Assembly: GCA_949299115.1 (NCBI GenBank)
Contig: CASFZH010000035.1
Span: 1 to 27,380 of the forward strand
Reading direction: 5' to 3'
From: an uncultured Helicobacter sp.
Lineage (GTDB): Bacteria; Campylobacterota; Campylobacteria; Campylobacterales; Helicobacteraceae
Length of the DNA: 27,380 nucleotides
Below are positions 1-9,417 of the stretch, one piece after another. Within the stretch, counting starts at the first letter, position 1. Each line of letters opens with the position of its first letter. The position numbers were made by a program, and so were the translations under genes. Below the pieces are notes generated by a model, which did no database searches, was not told the origin of the DNA, and was given only the letters and a program-made list of their open reading frames with translations.

Positions 1-414
1 TGACGTCTTTCCTGCCTCATATTCACCACTGATTAAGACTAATTTATGTAGCTCTATACCACCATGTAAGGTAATATCTAAGAAATTGATGCCTAACTCA
101 TATTTCTCAAACTTTACATTATTTTGTTTCATATATTCACGTCTTTTTGTTTTAGTCATATACATTATGGCAGTTTTTGGGGCATATTCATTAAAAATAG
201 CTGTTAAATCGGCTTTTTTGTCATATTGTGTTTCTTGGAGTTTTTGTATGAGTTTTTGTCTATTGATAAGATTGTATTCATCAATAAGGATTTGGTAATA
301 TTGCTGTACATGCTGCGTTGGTGTAGTAGCTAGTATTTGTAAAAAGGCATTTTTATCTATTTTTGTAGAAATGTAGTGTAATTCTAGGGGTTGTTGGTTG
401 ATAGAGTTTAGCTT
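1..414 (-). CDS. RecA-superfamily P-loop ATPase (KaiC/RadA/DnaB-like), N-terminal part; the gene runs off the window start
   Basis: Minus-strand reading frame is open from 414 to position 1 (about 138 codons with no stop in AT-rich DNA). It ends in ...ELGINFLDITLHGGIELHKLVLISGEYEAGKTS, which has the G-x-x-LD-x-x-L-x-GG...G-x-x-x-x-GKT(S) Walker A layout of RecA-fold ATPases. The start is uncertain: TTG at 414, or internal ATGs at about 168 or 132. Confidence 0.45.
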
Positions 415-494
415 TCTAAATTTTAAATTAGATAATTTGAGCAATTTTCTTTATAAGCATAGATTATAAAGTTATTTTGTTTATTTTATTTAGC

Positions 495-500
495 TATAAT
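495..500 (+). promoter_or_regulatory. TATAAT -10-like hexamer upstream of the tRNA
   Basis: tagcTATAATgtt lies about 24 nt upstream of the mature tRNA 5' end; no clear -35, typical for Helicobacter/Campylobacter promoters. Confidence 0.3.
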
Positions 501-523
501 GTTAAACTTAAAATTTCAGAGTT

Positions 524-600
524 GGACCTTTAGCTCAGTTGGTTAGAGCGCTCGGCTCATAACCGAGTGGTCGTAGGTTCAAGTCCTACAAGGTCCACCA
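524..600 (+). tRNA. tRNA-Met (anticodon CAU; could alternatively be tRNA-Ile2 carrying lysidine)
   Basis: 77-nt cloverleaf GGACCTT...AAGGTCCACCA. It has a 7-bp acceptor stem, D arm GCTC/GAGC, anticodon stem CTCGG/CCGAG with loop CTCATAA, T arm GTAGG-TTCAAGT-CCTAC, an encoded CCA, and a G1-C72 pair (elongator type). Confidence 0.9.
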
Positions 601-654
601 CAAATATTTCCCCTTTGATTTTTCCAATCAATTTTATAATATATTGGGTTTTCT

Positions 655-1011
655 ATGCAAACACGCAAATCTTCTTATATAAGCACAACAAGATTAAAAG
701 GTAGCTATTACGAAGAAATTGCATTACAGTATCTTTATGGATTGGGATTTGTACTAATTGAAAAAAATTTTTATACACGTTATGGTGAAATCGATTTAAT
801 TATGCAAAAAGATGAAATTTTACATTTTATTGAAGTCAAATCTTCTCAGAGTTTTTCCCCTTTATTGAATATTACGCCTAAAAAAATTGAAAAACTTACA
901 AAAGCTGTTCATATTTTTCTTTCTCAAAGCAATTTGTGTTGTAATTTTTGTCTTGATGCTATTAGTATTCATCATGATACTATAACATTTATAGAAAATA
1001 TTACTATTTAA
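655..1011 (+). CDS. yraN: YraN family (UPF0102) putative endonuclease
   Basis: 118 aa with the family hallmarks GSYYEEIALQYL...GEIDLIMQKDEILHFIEVKS. Typical size and typical position next to a tRNA. Confidence 0.8.
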   Translation: MQTRKSSYISTTRLKGSYYEEIALQYLYGLGFVLIEKNFYTRYGEIDLIMQKDEILHFIEVKSSQSFSPLLNITPKKIEKLTKAVHIFLSQSNLCCNFCLDAISIHHDTITFIENITI

Positions 1012-1174
1012 TCTCTAGAATTTAAATATCACAAAGATTCTCGATATAGGCTACAGAGAGGTAATAATTTTTAGAGAATGTTTTATTTTGCTTTAAATAC
1101 AATATTTGATAGAATCTCATAAACAATCATACAGTATAACAACGCTATTTTGGCTATCTTACTTTTACATATAC

Positions 1175-1230
1175 AATCTAATGAGTAACTAATATAGATT
1201 CTAAAACCTATATTAGTTACTCATTAGATT
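1175..1230. repeat. 23-bp perfect inverted repeat with 10-nt loop (possible bidirectional terminator between convergent genes)
   Basis: AATCTAATGAGTAACTAATATAG (1175-1197), loop ATTCTAAAAC, then CTATATTAGTTACTCATTAGATT (1208-1230). The right arm is the exact reverse complement of the left. It lies between the yraN stop (1011) and the FkbM pseudogene stop (1388). Confidence 0.5.
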
Positions 1231-1387
1231 ATTGCAAATACCTTATGTTTCCTAGAATGACAATATTGATGTGATTTCTTATGCCCACAATTATGACTTC
1301 TTTTTACAAGAAGATTGCCTACTTTATTAAATGATAATTTTATACTAGCATAAAATCTTACAATAGATTGTTTTTTAAATGTGGAAA

Positions 1388-2284
1388 CTATTGTATATCA
1401 ATCTTTTCACAAAGTAAAACAGTTTCACCCATTATGCCACAATTTGTAGGTTTAATAATTTGAAATTTATATCCAATATTCCATGATTCTATCATAGGTT
1501 TTATGTCAAAAAAATCGCTTGCTTGATGATAAATGCTAATAATTAAAGCTGGCTTTTGATTTTTTATTGTCCATTCGGCTCCTTTTAAAAACTCCATCTC
1601 AAACCCCTCGATATCAACTTTAATGAGACCAACTTCAATATTGTGCTCTTTTACATAAGAATCTAATGTAATGATTTCTACCCATTCTAACAGCATTATG
1701 GGAGCTTGATGTTAAAAGACTTGAACCACCAAGATTATCGCTAGCACAGGCAATCTGTATTTTTTCCTGCTTTGACCCTAATCCTTTATTAATTGGAATG
1801 ATTCTAGAAGTTAGATTCAATTTTAGTGTTTGCAATGTAAGTTCATAATTTCTCTTTGTTGCTTCAAAAGTGTAGACGTATTTGTCAGTAAAGTCCTGCA
1901 ATACTAAAGCACTATCGCCAATACATCCTCCACGTCAATAATATTTTTTGTTGCTATATTTTTTATGTTATCAAAGGCTTGCAAGCAATGTTTGTCCCAA
2001 AATACTTCTGGTAAAAAGAAATTAACAGGTAGAAAATATTTGCCATAACAATACACATTTTCTTTTATTTGAAAAATATTGGGGTAAAATTCTGTAAACA
2101 TTCTTTCTAATTGCTGCTTTTCATGTGATGTTATTGTATCGATGTAAGATATTTTTTGTTCATAGCAATGTTGAAGACGTGTTATAATCTTAGAGACCGT
2201 AATACTGCTTTTATCATCTAGCCCATGGCATAATTTCTGCATTTTTTGAAACAAAAACTCTTTATTTGTTACTATGTCTTGCAT
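1388..2284 (-). pseudogene. FkbM-family methyltransferase (Methyltransf_21), disrupted by two frameshifts into three ORF pieces
   Basis: Three consecutive minus-strand ORFs (1904-2284, 1635-1901, 1388-1696) together cover one FkbM domain. Piece 1 ends NIIDVEDVLAIVL*, while the adjacent frame reads RGGCIGDSALVLQDF (the vvDvGAniGd motif). Piece 2 reads YTFEATKRNYELTLQTLKLN...SDNLGGSSL. Piece 3 reads VEIITLDSYV...IKVDIEGFEMEFLKGAEW. The frameshift sites (about 1925-1935 and about 1697-1715) are not in homopolymers. Confidence 0.7.
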
Positions 2285-2408
2285 ACCTTTTACAAAGCTT
2301 TCGTAATATAAATGCTTTGTAATCTTATTATTCCATTCAATAATAATTCTTGTGCGATATATTTTTATACCGCAGATTCTATACTCATACCATACATACT
2401 CTTGCTCA

Positions 2409-2416
2409 CCCCCCCC
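2409..2416. repeat. Homopolymeric C8 (G8 on minus strand) tract about 125 bp upstream of the FkbM pseudogene start
   Basis: ctcaCCCCCCCCgtt read directly. Confidence 0.9.
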
Positions 2417-3216
2417 GTTATTACACGTTCTTGAATATGCCTTATTCGTTTGAGAATAGGTATGTTAAATATCCAAAAAATCCGTATAAGATTCTGATTT
2501 TTATCAAGCTTTTTTCTGTTCTTATTATTTTCATCGCTTTCCTTTTATAGTATAAAAATTATGAAAGAATAATAAGTATAACAAAAAATATCGGATTCTA
2601 GATACAATAGCCCCACATTTCATTTGCAATTTATCCTTAAATAAAAATTTATGAGAAACATGATTTTTGAATCTATCAAAATTGCAATTTTAATAATACA
2701 AATGTGAGGTATTATAGAATTACCCATATCGTTTCCATAGAATCTTAATGTTATAATATTTTTTGAATAAAGTCTCAAAAAAACGATGTATGCTATTGAA
2801 TTATATGTTACCAAATAATTTAATATTTGAGACTTTTAAGTATATATAATCCAAAAAATAAGATATTAGAATATACTAAAAAGTTTCAAATATTACAATT
2901 ATAAATCAGTATATAACAATATAATTAATAATATATATATAATATCATAATCAACTTACTATAATACTAAACTAGGATTTGGCATTATAAATTTGATTTT
3001 TATAGTTTGGGCATATAAAAAGGCAAAATTTTATTCATATCTTTTTAAGAAGCCCGAACAGAAATAATAATTATCTACATATTGTGATTTTGGAATCTCC
3101 ATGTATCCGATAAGCTAAAAAATACACTAGGTTATGTGCTAGGCAAAAATGATGTTTTGCTATTAGAGTTTGAATGGAGCTAATCAAGAGACCTGAACCT
3201 AAATTTTAATTTTATA

Positions 3217-3573
3217 CTAACCCTTAACGTCTAAAAGATGGATTTCTGGACGCATTAGCATTTCATCTTCTGTAATGGCACGCTCTTCCTTTTTTGTTTT
3301 TTTTATGGTTTCTTCTATTGTTTTTTTGAAATTTTTTTCCTTTTGTGTATCACCGTCTTTACCTTCGTCAAATTCTCTTTTTGCACTTCCTTCTCTATCC
3401 TCTGTTTTGTGTGTTTCCTCTGTTGGACGTACTTCCTCAACTTTTTGCATTTGCTCGTGAAATAGGGCATGATTGAGTAATGGTGCTTGTGGCATATTAT
3501 TTGCCTGTAATGCTGATGTTGCACTGCTTGCTTGATTTATATATGTTAAATTAGCGATAGAATTAAGCCCCAT
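3217..3573 (-). CDS. hypothetical acidic/lysine-rich protein, translationally coupled to the upstream NFACT gene
   Basis: 118-aa ORF. A perfect RBS AAGGAGG (rc of 3579-3585) lies 5 nt upstream of ATG 3573 and overlaps the TAA stop of the upstream gene (3584-3586). The K/E-rich low-complexity C-terminal half has no recognisable domain. Confidence 0.55.
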   Translation of the reverse strand: MGLNSIANLTYINQASSATSALQANNMPQAPLLNHALFHEQMQKVEEVRPTEETHKTEDREGSAKREFDEGKDGDTQKEKNFKKTIEETIKKTKKEERAITEDEMLMRPEIHLLDVKG

Positions 3574-3578
3574 GATAA

Positions 3579-3586
3579 CCTCCTTA
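3579..3586 (-). promoter_or_regulatory. Shine-Dalgarno GGAGG overlapping upstream stop codon (translational coupling)
   Basis: minus strand reads TTATAAGGAGGTTATCATG: TAA stop of 3584-4870 gene, GGAGG, ATG at 3573. Confidence 0.6.
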
Positions 3587-4870
3587 TAATGTAAGGTGCA
3601 ACTTGCTTTCTTTGGAATAAATCACATTAGCACCTTGTATAATTTTAACAAATTTACGTTTTGTATAGTCTATCGTAATTTTACCGTCCTGTATCCCACA
3701 GAGTCTAGCAAGAAGTATTCCAGCATGCTCCAAAATCGTAGAATTTATACGATGCGTGTGAATAATGAGATGAGAAGATGGCACATTGAAAATATGTAAC
3801 CATATAAAGTCTGCTTTAGCATCTTGTAATAATTTAATATTCTCTTTTTCATTTTTACCTATACTAATGCGAATTCCATCAATATAAAAACTTTCATAAT
3901 ATTTTTTGCATTCTTTTTTAGAATCTTTTTTTCTTTGGTGTAATATAGCAAGTTGTTCTAACGTTGCATGTTTTGCGAATGTAATTTGATTGTGCAAGAA
4001 AGCAATCTTAGATTCCAAATTTTGTCGTTGCAAATTGCTATGTAAAATTTTTTGTTTCAGTTTTTTAACCCGCTTAAAGAGTTTATCGCTTATCATGCTT
4101 GCTTTTTTTTCTTGAGGTATGGGATAGCAAATGCCATTGACTTGAATTGTGGTGGCATACTTTGGAATATCAGAAAGATGCATTAATACATAATTTGCTA
4201 GCATAGTCGTTTCATTTTTTTGCTTTTCAAGTGTTTCAACATTTGGGAGGGAATGTAAAATGGACTGAAGTTTGTGTAATTTTGTTGTTAAGGTATGACA
4301 TACAATTTTGCGTTTTTGTTCTACGATGGAATCTTGCATAAGGACATAATTCTGCAGTAATTTTTTGCGAATATCACATATATCATTATCTTGTAGTTTT
4401 TTGGAAAAATGCGGTTGAGGCATGGGGGCAAATTTTGCTTTTGCTGTAATCTCTCTATTGTGTAAAGTATGAAATCGCAATGCAGAAATTATTGCACCAT
4501 TGTGTACAACGATAGCATTTGTTGCACGACTTATTAATTCTATATGTAACTGCATGTGTAAGGTTTTATAGGCATTTTTTGTTTCACTTTCTATAATAAG
4601 TATTTTGTTCATGCCATCAAGTTTACAGGATTGTAAATGAGATTTATAAAAGTATTTGTGTAAAACATTATCGAAAGGAGCAATATAGTTTTTATTTTTC
4701 AAAGGATTTTCAAGAATATAAATTTGTGGATTACCTTTATTTAAGTCAAAACAATAATTCGTGGTATCAAGTCGCAACATAATAATATTATCGTGCAATC
4801 TTGTAATATATGAAATCATTGTATGCGAATCTAAGAGCCTTGCAATATTATGTAATTCTTCTAATTGCAT
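3584..4870 (-). CDS. NFACT-family RNA-binding protein (FbpA/RqcH-like, contains a DUF814/NFACT-R-like segment)
   Basis: 428 aa. The C-terminal motif ADFIWLHIFNVPSSHLIIHT matches the DUF814 d-w-H-a-d-pGsHvv signature. Size and architecture fit FbpA/RqcH-like proteins, and the position next to dcd resembles H. pylori HP0373. Confidence 0.7.
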   Translation of the reverse strand: MQLEELHNIARLLDSHTMISYITRLHDNIIMLRLDTTNYCFDLNKGNPQIYILENPLKNKNYIAPFDNVLHKYFYKSHLQSCKLDGMNKILIIESETKNAYKTLHMQLHIELISRATNAIVVHNGAIISALRFHTLHNREITAKAKFAPMPQPHFSKKLQDNDICDIRKKLLQNYVLMQDSIVEQKRKIVCHTLTTKLHKLQSILHSLPNVETLEKQKNETTMLANYVLMHLSDIPKYATTIQVNGICYPIPQEKKASMISDKLFKRVKKLKQKILHSNLQRQNLESKIAFLHNQITFAKHATLEQLAILHQRKKDSKKECKKYYESFYIDGIRISIGKNEKENIKLLQDAKADFIWLHIFNVPSSHLIIHTHRINSTILEHAGILLARLCGIQDGKITIDYTKRKFVKIIQGANVIYSKESKLHLTL

Positions 4871-4975
4871 TTACAACTCCTCATGATTTAATGTAGATGC
4901 TTAATTATTAAATACCAAATCTTATTTTATTTATAAGGTTTATGAGATGACATAATCATGTGGTATGTAACATAA

Positions 4976-5554
4976 CTACTTGTAATTTGTCATGATTTTT
5001 GGTAGTGTGATTCCCTTTTGATATTGATATTTTCCCTGTTTATCTTTATAGCTTTGTTTGCATATTTCATCTGCACTAAAAAATAATACTTGAGCAATTC
5101 CTTCATTAGCATAAATTTTTGCAGGCAATGGAGTGGTATTAGAAATTTCAATAGTGATATGCCCTTCAAATTCTGGCTCAAAAGGGGTTACATTAACGAT
5201 AATTCCACAACGTGCATAAGTGCTTTTTCCTAGGCATATTGCCAACACTTCTCTTGGAATTTTAAAATATTCAACAGTCCTCGCCAATGCGAAAGAGTTG
5301 GGTGGCACAATACAATATCCATGTTCATCGGTTTTTATTTCAACAACATTTTTTTCATCAAAATGTTTTGGGTCAACGATAGTTGCACCAATATTAGTAA
5401 AAATCATAAACTCATTTCCTACACGAATATCGTATCCGTAGCTACTCAAACCATAACTTATAACTCCCTCACTAATTTGAGATTCTATAAAAGGACTAAT
5501 CATTTCTTCTTGCAAACTTTTTTCTTTTATCCAAGTGTCCGCTTTTAATCCCAT
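4976..5554 (-). CDS. dcd: dCTP deaminase
   Basis: 192 aa with [19 protein letters not shown] and the dCTP deaminase fold motifs; dcd-accB-accC synteny as in H. pylori HP0372-0370 and C. jejuni Cj1292-1290. Confidence 0.9.
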   Translation of the reverse strand: MGLKADTWIKEKSLQEEMISPFIESQISEGVISYGLSSYGYDIRVGNEFMIFTNIGATIVDPKHFDEKNVVEIKTDEHGYCIVPPNSFALARTVEYFKIPREVLAICLGKSTYARCGIIVNVTPFEPEFEGHITIEISNTTPLPAKIYANEGIAQVLFFSADEICKQSYKDKQGKYQYQKGITLPKIMTNYK

Positions 5555-5625
5555 GAAATTATTCCTTAAATTTCAAAACTTTATGCTATTATAGCAATTA
5601 AACTTTAAAATCAAGGGTTTCCAAT

Positions 5626-6090
5626 ATGAAATTATCAGAAATAAAAGAAATTATGCAGCTTTTTGATGAATCCAAGATTACATCGTTGAAATTACAAAAT
5701 GAGAACTTTTACCTTAAACTTAACAAAGCAGAAAAACACATAAAAACACAAGAATCTCAATCAGTCCAAGTTATTGCTCCACAGAATGTTGCATCTAAGG
5801 TTATTGATACAGCACCTATCATAAAGGAACAATCGGCGACAAATGCGACAGCTGATTTTATCACTTCACCAATGGTAGGCACTTTTTATCGTTCTCCTAG
5901 TCCAGGAGCTGCTCCGTATGTGAGTGTTGGTGATACAATTAAAAAAGGGCAAACAATAGGTATTGTGGAGGCTATGAAAATTATGAATGAGATTGAAGCA
6001 GAGTTTGATTGTAAGATTCTTGAAATTGAAGTAAACGATGCTCAACCTGTAGAATTTGGTACAAAGCTTGTTATGGTAGAAAAGATATGA
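5626..6090 (+). CDS. accB: acetyl-CoA carboxylase biotin carboxyl carrier protein
   Basis: 154 aa; C-terminal biotinyl domain with the EAMKIMNEIEAE biotin-lysine motif. Confidence 0.9.
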   Translation: MKLSEIKEIMQLFDESKITSLKLQNENFYLKLNKAEKHIKTQESQSVQVIAPQNVASKVIDTAPIIKEQSATNATADFITSPMVGTFYRSPSPGAAPYVSVGDTIKKGQTIGIVEAMKIMNEIEAEFDCKILEIEVNDAQPVEFGTKLVMVEKI

Positions 6091-6106
6091 TGAGGAATAT
6101 AAAAAT

Positions 6107-7483
6107 ATGAAAAAAAAATCACAAGATATACAAAGAAAAAAAATACAAAGGATTCTTATAGCTAATCGTGGAGAGATTGCATTACGTGCCATTAGAACTA
6201 TTCAAGAAATGGGTAAACAAGCTATAGCTATTCATTCTATTGCTGATAAGGATACCCATTATCTTGAGGTTGCAGATGCTAAGGTGTGTATTGGTGGGGC
6301 AAAGAGTAGTGAGAGCTATCTTAATATTCCAGCTATTATGAGTGCAGCAGATTTATTTGAAGCTGATGCTATTTTTCCCGGATATGGATTCTTGAGTGAG
6401 AATCAAAATTTTGTTGAAATTTGTGAACATCATGGTATTGAATTTATAGGACCTAGCAAAGAAGTTATGACACTTATGAGTGATAAATCAAAAGCAAAAG
6501 ATTGCATGAAAGAAGCTGGTGTGCCGGTTATTATAGGAAGTGATGGTCCTCTTAAAAGTTATCAAGAGGCTTTGAAAGTAGCCGATGAGATTGGTTATCC
6601 AGTAATTCTAAAAGCTGCAGCAGGTGGTGGTGGTAGAGGTATGCGTGTAGTGCCGGATAAGGGGCTACTAAAGAATCTCTATTTAGCCGCAGAGAGTGAG
6701 GCACTAAGTGCATTTGGAGATGGCACAATTTATATGGAAAAATTTATTAATAAACCAAAGCATATTGAAGTGCAGATTCTAGCTGATAAATATGGCAATG
6801 TTTTGCATATAGGTGAGAGAGACTGTTCAATGCAAAGAAGACAGCAAAAACTTATAGAGGAGACTCCAGCCGTTGTATTAAGCGAAGAGGTAAGACAAAA
6901 ACTGCTTCAAACTGCTATCAAGGCAACAAAGCATATTAAATATGTTGGAGCTGGCACATTTGAATTTTTATTGGATTCGAATAATAAAGATTTTTACTTT
7001 ATGGAAATGAATACAAGATTACAAGTTGAACATACTGTGAGTGAAATGGTAAGCGGACTAGATCTTGTAGAATGGATGATACGAATTGCAGAAGGAGAGA
7101 GATTGCCAAGTCAAGATTCTATTTCTTTTAAAGGTCACAGTATTGAATGTAGGATTACGGCTGAAGATCCTGAAAAATTCTATCCATGTCCCGGTAAAAT
7201 TACAAGTTGGATAGCACCGGGTGGAGCTAACGTACGTTTGGATACACATGCGTATGCTGGGTATACTGTGCCTATGTTTTATGATTCTATGATTGGCAAA
7301 CTTGTAGTTTGGGGTGAAACGAGAGAGCAAGCGATTAAGAGAATGAAAAGGGCTTTAAGGGAATTTGAAATATCTGGAATTAAGACGACTATTCCTTTTC
7401 ATATTAAAATGATGGATAATGAGGATTTTAAAGATTCTAGGATTTATACAAAATATTTGGAAAATGAGTATAAGCTAGGTTAG
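6107..7483 (+). CDS. accC: acetyl-CoA carboxylase biotin carboxylase subunit
   Basis: 458 aa; ILIANRGEIALRAIRT N-terminus, ATP-grasp glycine-rich loop KAAAGGGGRGMRVV, immediately downstream of accB. Confidence 0.95.
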   Translation: MKKKSQDIQRKKIQRILIANRGEIALRAIRTIQEMGKQAIAIHSIADKDTHYLEVADAKVCIGGAKSSESYLNIPAIMSAADLFEADAIFPGYGFLSENQNFVEICEHHGIEFIGPSKEVMTLMSDKSKAKDCMKEAGVPVIIGSDGPLKSYQEALKVADEIGYPVILKAAAGGGGRGMRVVPDKGLLKNLYLAAESEALSAFGDGTIYMEKFINKPKHIEVQILADKYGNVLHIGERDCSMQRRQQKLIEETPAVVLSEEVRQKLLQTAIKATKHIKYVGAGTFEFLLDSNNKDFYFMEMNTRLQVEHTVSEMVSGLDLVEWMIRIAEGERLPSQDSISFKGHSIECRITAEDPEKFYPCPGKITSWIAPGGANVRLDTHAYAGYTVPMFYDSMIGKLVVWGETREQAIKRMKRALREFEISGIKTTIPFHIKMMDNEDFKDSRIYTKYLENEYKLG

Positions 7484-7551
7484 CTTTGGATTCTATGGGT
7501 TCTTATAATGTTATACCACGAATCGTAATCAATTTAATTAAGGAAAGATTG

Positions 7552-8067
7552 ATGAAAAAAATTGTTATATCATTGTGTTTATTTTGCGGACTTTTTCATT
7601 ATGTTTTTGGAGGGTTGAAAGAAGACATAGAAAATGGCTTTAAACAATGTGCTACACTGCCACAAAAAGATGGTTTTTTTGGTGATAGAAAGATTGTAGA
7701 TTGTTTTAGAAAATTTATGAAATCATATAGTGATATTTTAATAAAACAATGCGAGAATGATAAGATTCACGAATGTCTTATGATATTTAATGGTACATAT
7801 AATTTAAGTGGACAAAGAATGCTTTTTGAGAGTGTGGCATATCTTAAAAATGGGAATCTATTAACTTCTAATGTGTTTAATGGAAAAGATGGCGAAAATG
7901 CTATGCTTACACAGAATTTTAAGAAACGTTTGTTGAAAATCTGTGAGCCAGGACAATGTTATGAAATTGCAAAGGCTTATGATACTAATAAATCTGAAGT
8001 CAATGATTTTCTTGAAAAGGCTTGTAGTGGCGGTATAGCGGATGCTTGTTATGTAATAGGAAAGTAG
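7552..8067 (+). CDS. Secreted Sel1-repeat cysteine-rich protein (Helicobacter Hcp-like)
   Basis: Start chosen at ATG 7552, which has RBS AAGGAAAG and a signal-peptide-like N-terminus MKKIVISLCLFCGLF. The listed 7486 start overlaps the accC end. Paired cysteines with 7-residue spacing (KQCENDKIHEC, KACSGGIADACYVIGK) match the Hcp/Sel1 signature KAC-x-x-G-x-x-x-x-C-x-x-LG. Confidence 0.6.
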   Translation: MKKIVISLCLFCGLFHYVFGGLKEDIENGFKQCATLPQKDGFFGDRKIVDCFRKFMKSYSDILIKQCENDKIHECLMIFNGTYNLSGQRMLFESVAYLKNGNLLTSNVFNGKDGENAMLTQNFKKRLLKICEPGQCYEIAKAYDTNKSEVNDFLEKACSGGIADACYVIGK

Positions 8068-8693
8068 TAATATAGTGGTTTAAGATATATAAATTTATAA
8101 GTATATCTTGATGACATTATTTCATTGTATACCTCCTTAAATGATAAGTATAGTATTGGATCGATAGTGCAGACATCTTTAATAATGGTAATGTATTTAA
8201 GTGATAGCTTAAGTTTACTCTATTTACTTGAAATGTGATAATTAATTGTAATTCTTATTGTTTTTAATCTAAGTTTGTAAAATTCATGCAATGTAAAAAG
8301 AGATTTTCATATTGTGTGTAATGATATGCCAAAAACTATTATGATTTGATAATCTCATAACGTGTATACTGTGGTGCAAGACGATTTTTTAAGTTTTTGA
8401 TATTGCTTCAAATTTAAATAATCAAGTTTCTATGTATTTAAAAGTCTATTAGAAGTTCTAGTTAGTCTTTAATAATAGAGATAACACTATCATTGCAATA
8501 TTTATTATTATGTCTTATCGATTATAATTTTTGATATTTATGATTGCAGTTTTTATTGTGATACAACGTTAGAATCATTATTTTTCACAATATGAAAACA
8601 TTACAGAGAGACTAATTTTATTCAAATTAAGAATCTTGTTTGATTTGTTACCGAACTAAAGTACAATTCAATAAAAAATATGTAGGAGTATCC

Positions 8694-9263
8694 ATGAGTT
8701 TAACAGTAATAAAAAATGAAATACAAGCACATATTCAAGCGATAGAAAAATCCGTTGATACACTTTCCCCTATATTGCTTGAGATTGCAAAAGCAATCAC
8801 TACCACCTTGAGAAATAAGAAGAAGATTCTTATTTGTGGGAATGGCGGCAGTGCAGCAGATAGCCAACATTTTGCTGCTGAACTCACAGGACGCTACAAA
8901 TTGGAGCGAAAAGGATTAAAGGCTATTGCATTACATACTGATACCTCTGCATTAACTGCGATTGCTAATGATTATGGGTATGAGTATGTATTTAGTCGTC
9001 AAATAGAGGCATTAGCTGATGAAGGTGATATAGTTTTTGGGATTTCTACAAGTGGCAATTCGAAAAATGTCATCAATGCTCTTGAAATGGCGAATAAAAT
9101 GAGTTGCATTACTATCTGTCTTACAGGTAAAGATGGTGGACAAATGAAGAGTTTATGTGATTACAGTATCATAGCTCCAAGTAATGATACACCACGTATT
9201 CAAGAAATACATATTTTATGTATTCATATTTTGTGTGAACTTATAGATAAAAATTTTGCATAA
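8694..9263 (+). CDS. gmhA: D-sedoheptulose-7-phosphate isomerase (phosphoheptose isomerase, SIS domain)
   Basis: [24 protein letters not shown]...[11 protein letters not shown] is the GmhA signature; start set at ATG 8694 (RBS AGGAG at 8684-8688) rather than the upstream TTG 8640. Confidence 0.85.
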   Translation: MSLTVIKNEIQAHIQAIEKSVDTLSPILLEIAKAITTTLRNKKKILICGNGGSAADSQHFAAELTGRYKLERKGLKAIALHTDTSALTAIANDYGYEYVFSRQIEALADEGDIVFGISTSGNSKNVINALEMANKMSCITICLTGKDGGQMKSLCDYSIIAPSNDTPRIQEIHILCIHILCELIDKNFA

Positions 9264-9417
9264 AGTCAAAATAGTTAAAGTATGGTATTGTAGATGTGAT
9301 TTTTAGAATCAAACTTTGCATTACCATTATATTGTCCACAATTCTGCTATAAAGACTATATTCACTATTAAGCTGATATAATTGTATATTTTAGTTTTGG
9401 TTTGTTAAGGAGAAAAT

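Noticed and set aside
86-298. 70-aa plus-strand ORF
   Set aside because: Lies antisense within the much longer stop-free minus-strand reading frame that ends in a Walker A motif; hydrophobic low-complexity product; no RBS.
2350-2814. 66-aa (+) and 64-aa (-) ORFs in the 2.3-3.2 kb non-coding region
   Set aside because: No RBS, extreme low complexity (F/I/L/Y/N-rich), typical chance ORFs in AT-rich DNA.
3275-3799. Small ORFs 3275-3460(+), 3315-3524(-), 3596-3799(+)
   Set aside because: Overlap or lie antisense to the RBS-supported 118-aa and NFACT genes; artefacts of AT-rich codon composition.
7058-7330. 90-aa minus-strand ORF inside accC
   Set aside because: Antisense to a strongly conserved biotin carboxylase gene.
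8117-8138. Minus-strand mini-ORF ATG-AAA-TAA preceded by a perfect AAGGAGG Shine-Dalgarno, with an overlapping TAATG restart
   Set aside because: Striking, but it lies antisense to the 3' end of the hcp-like gene with no promoter evidence; most likely coincidence.
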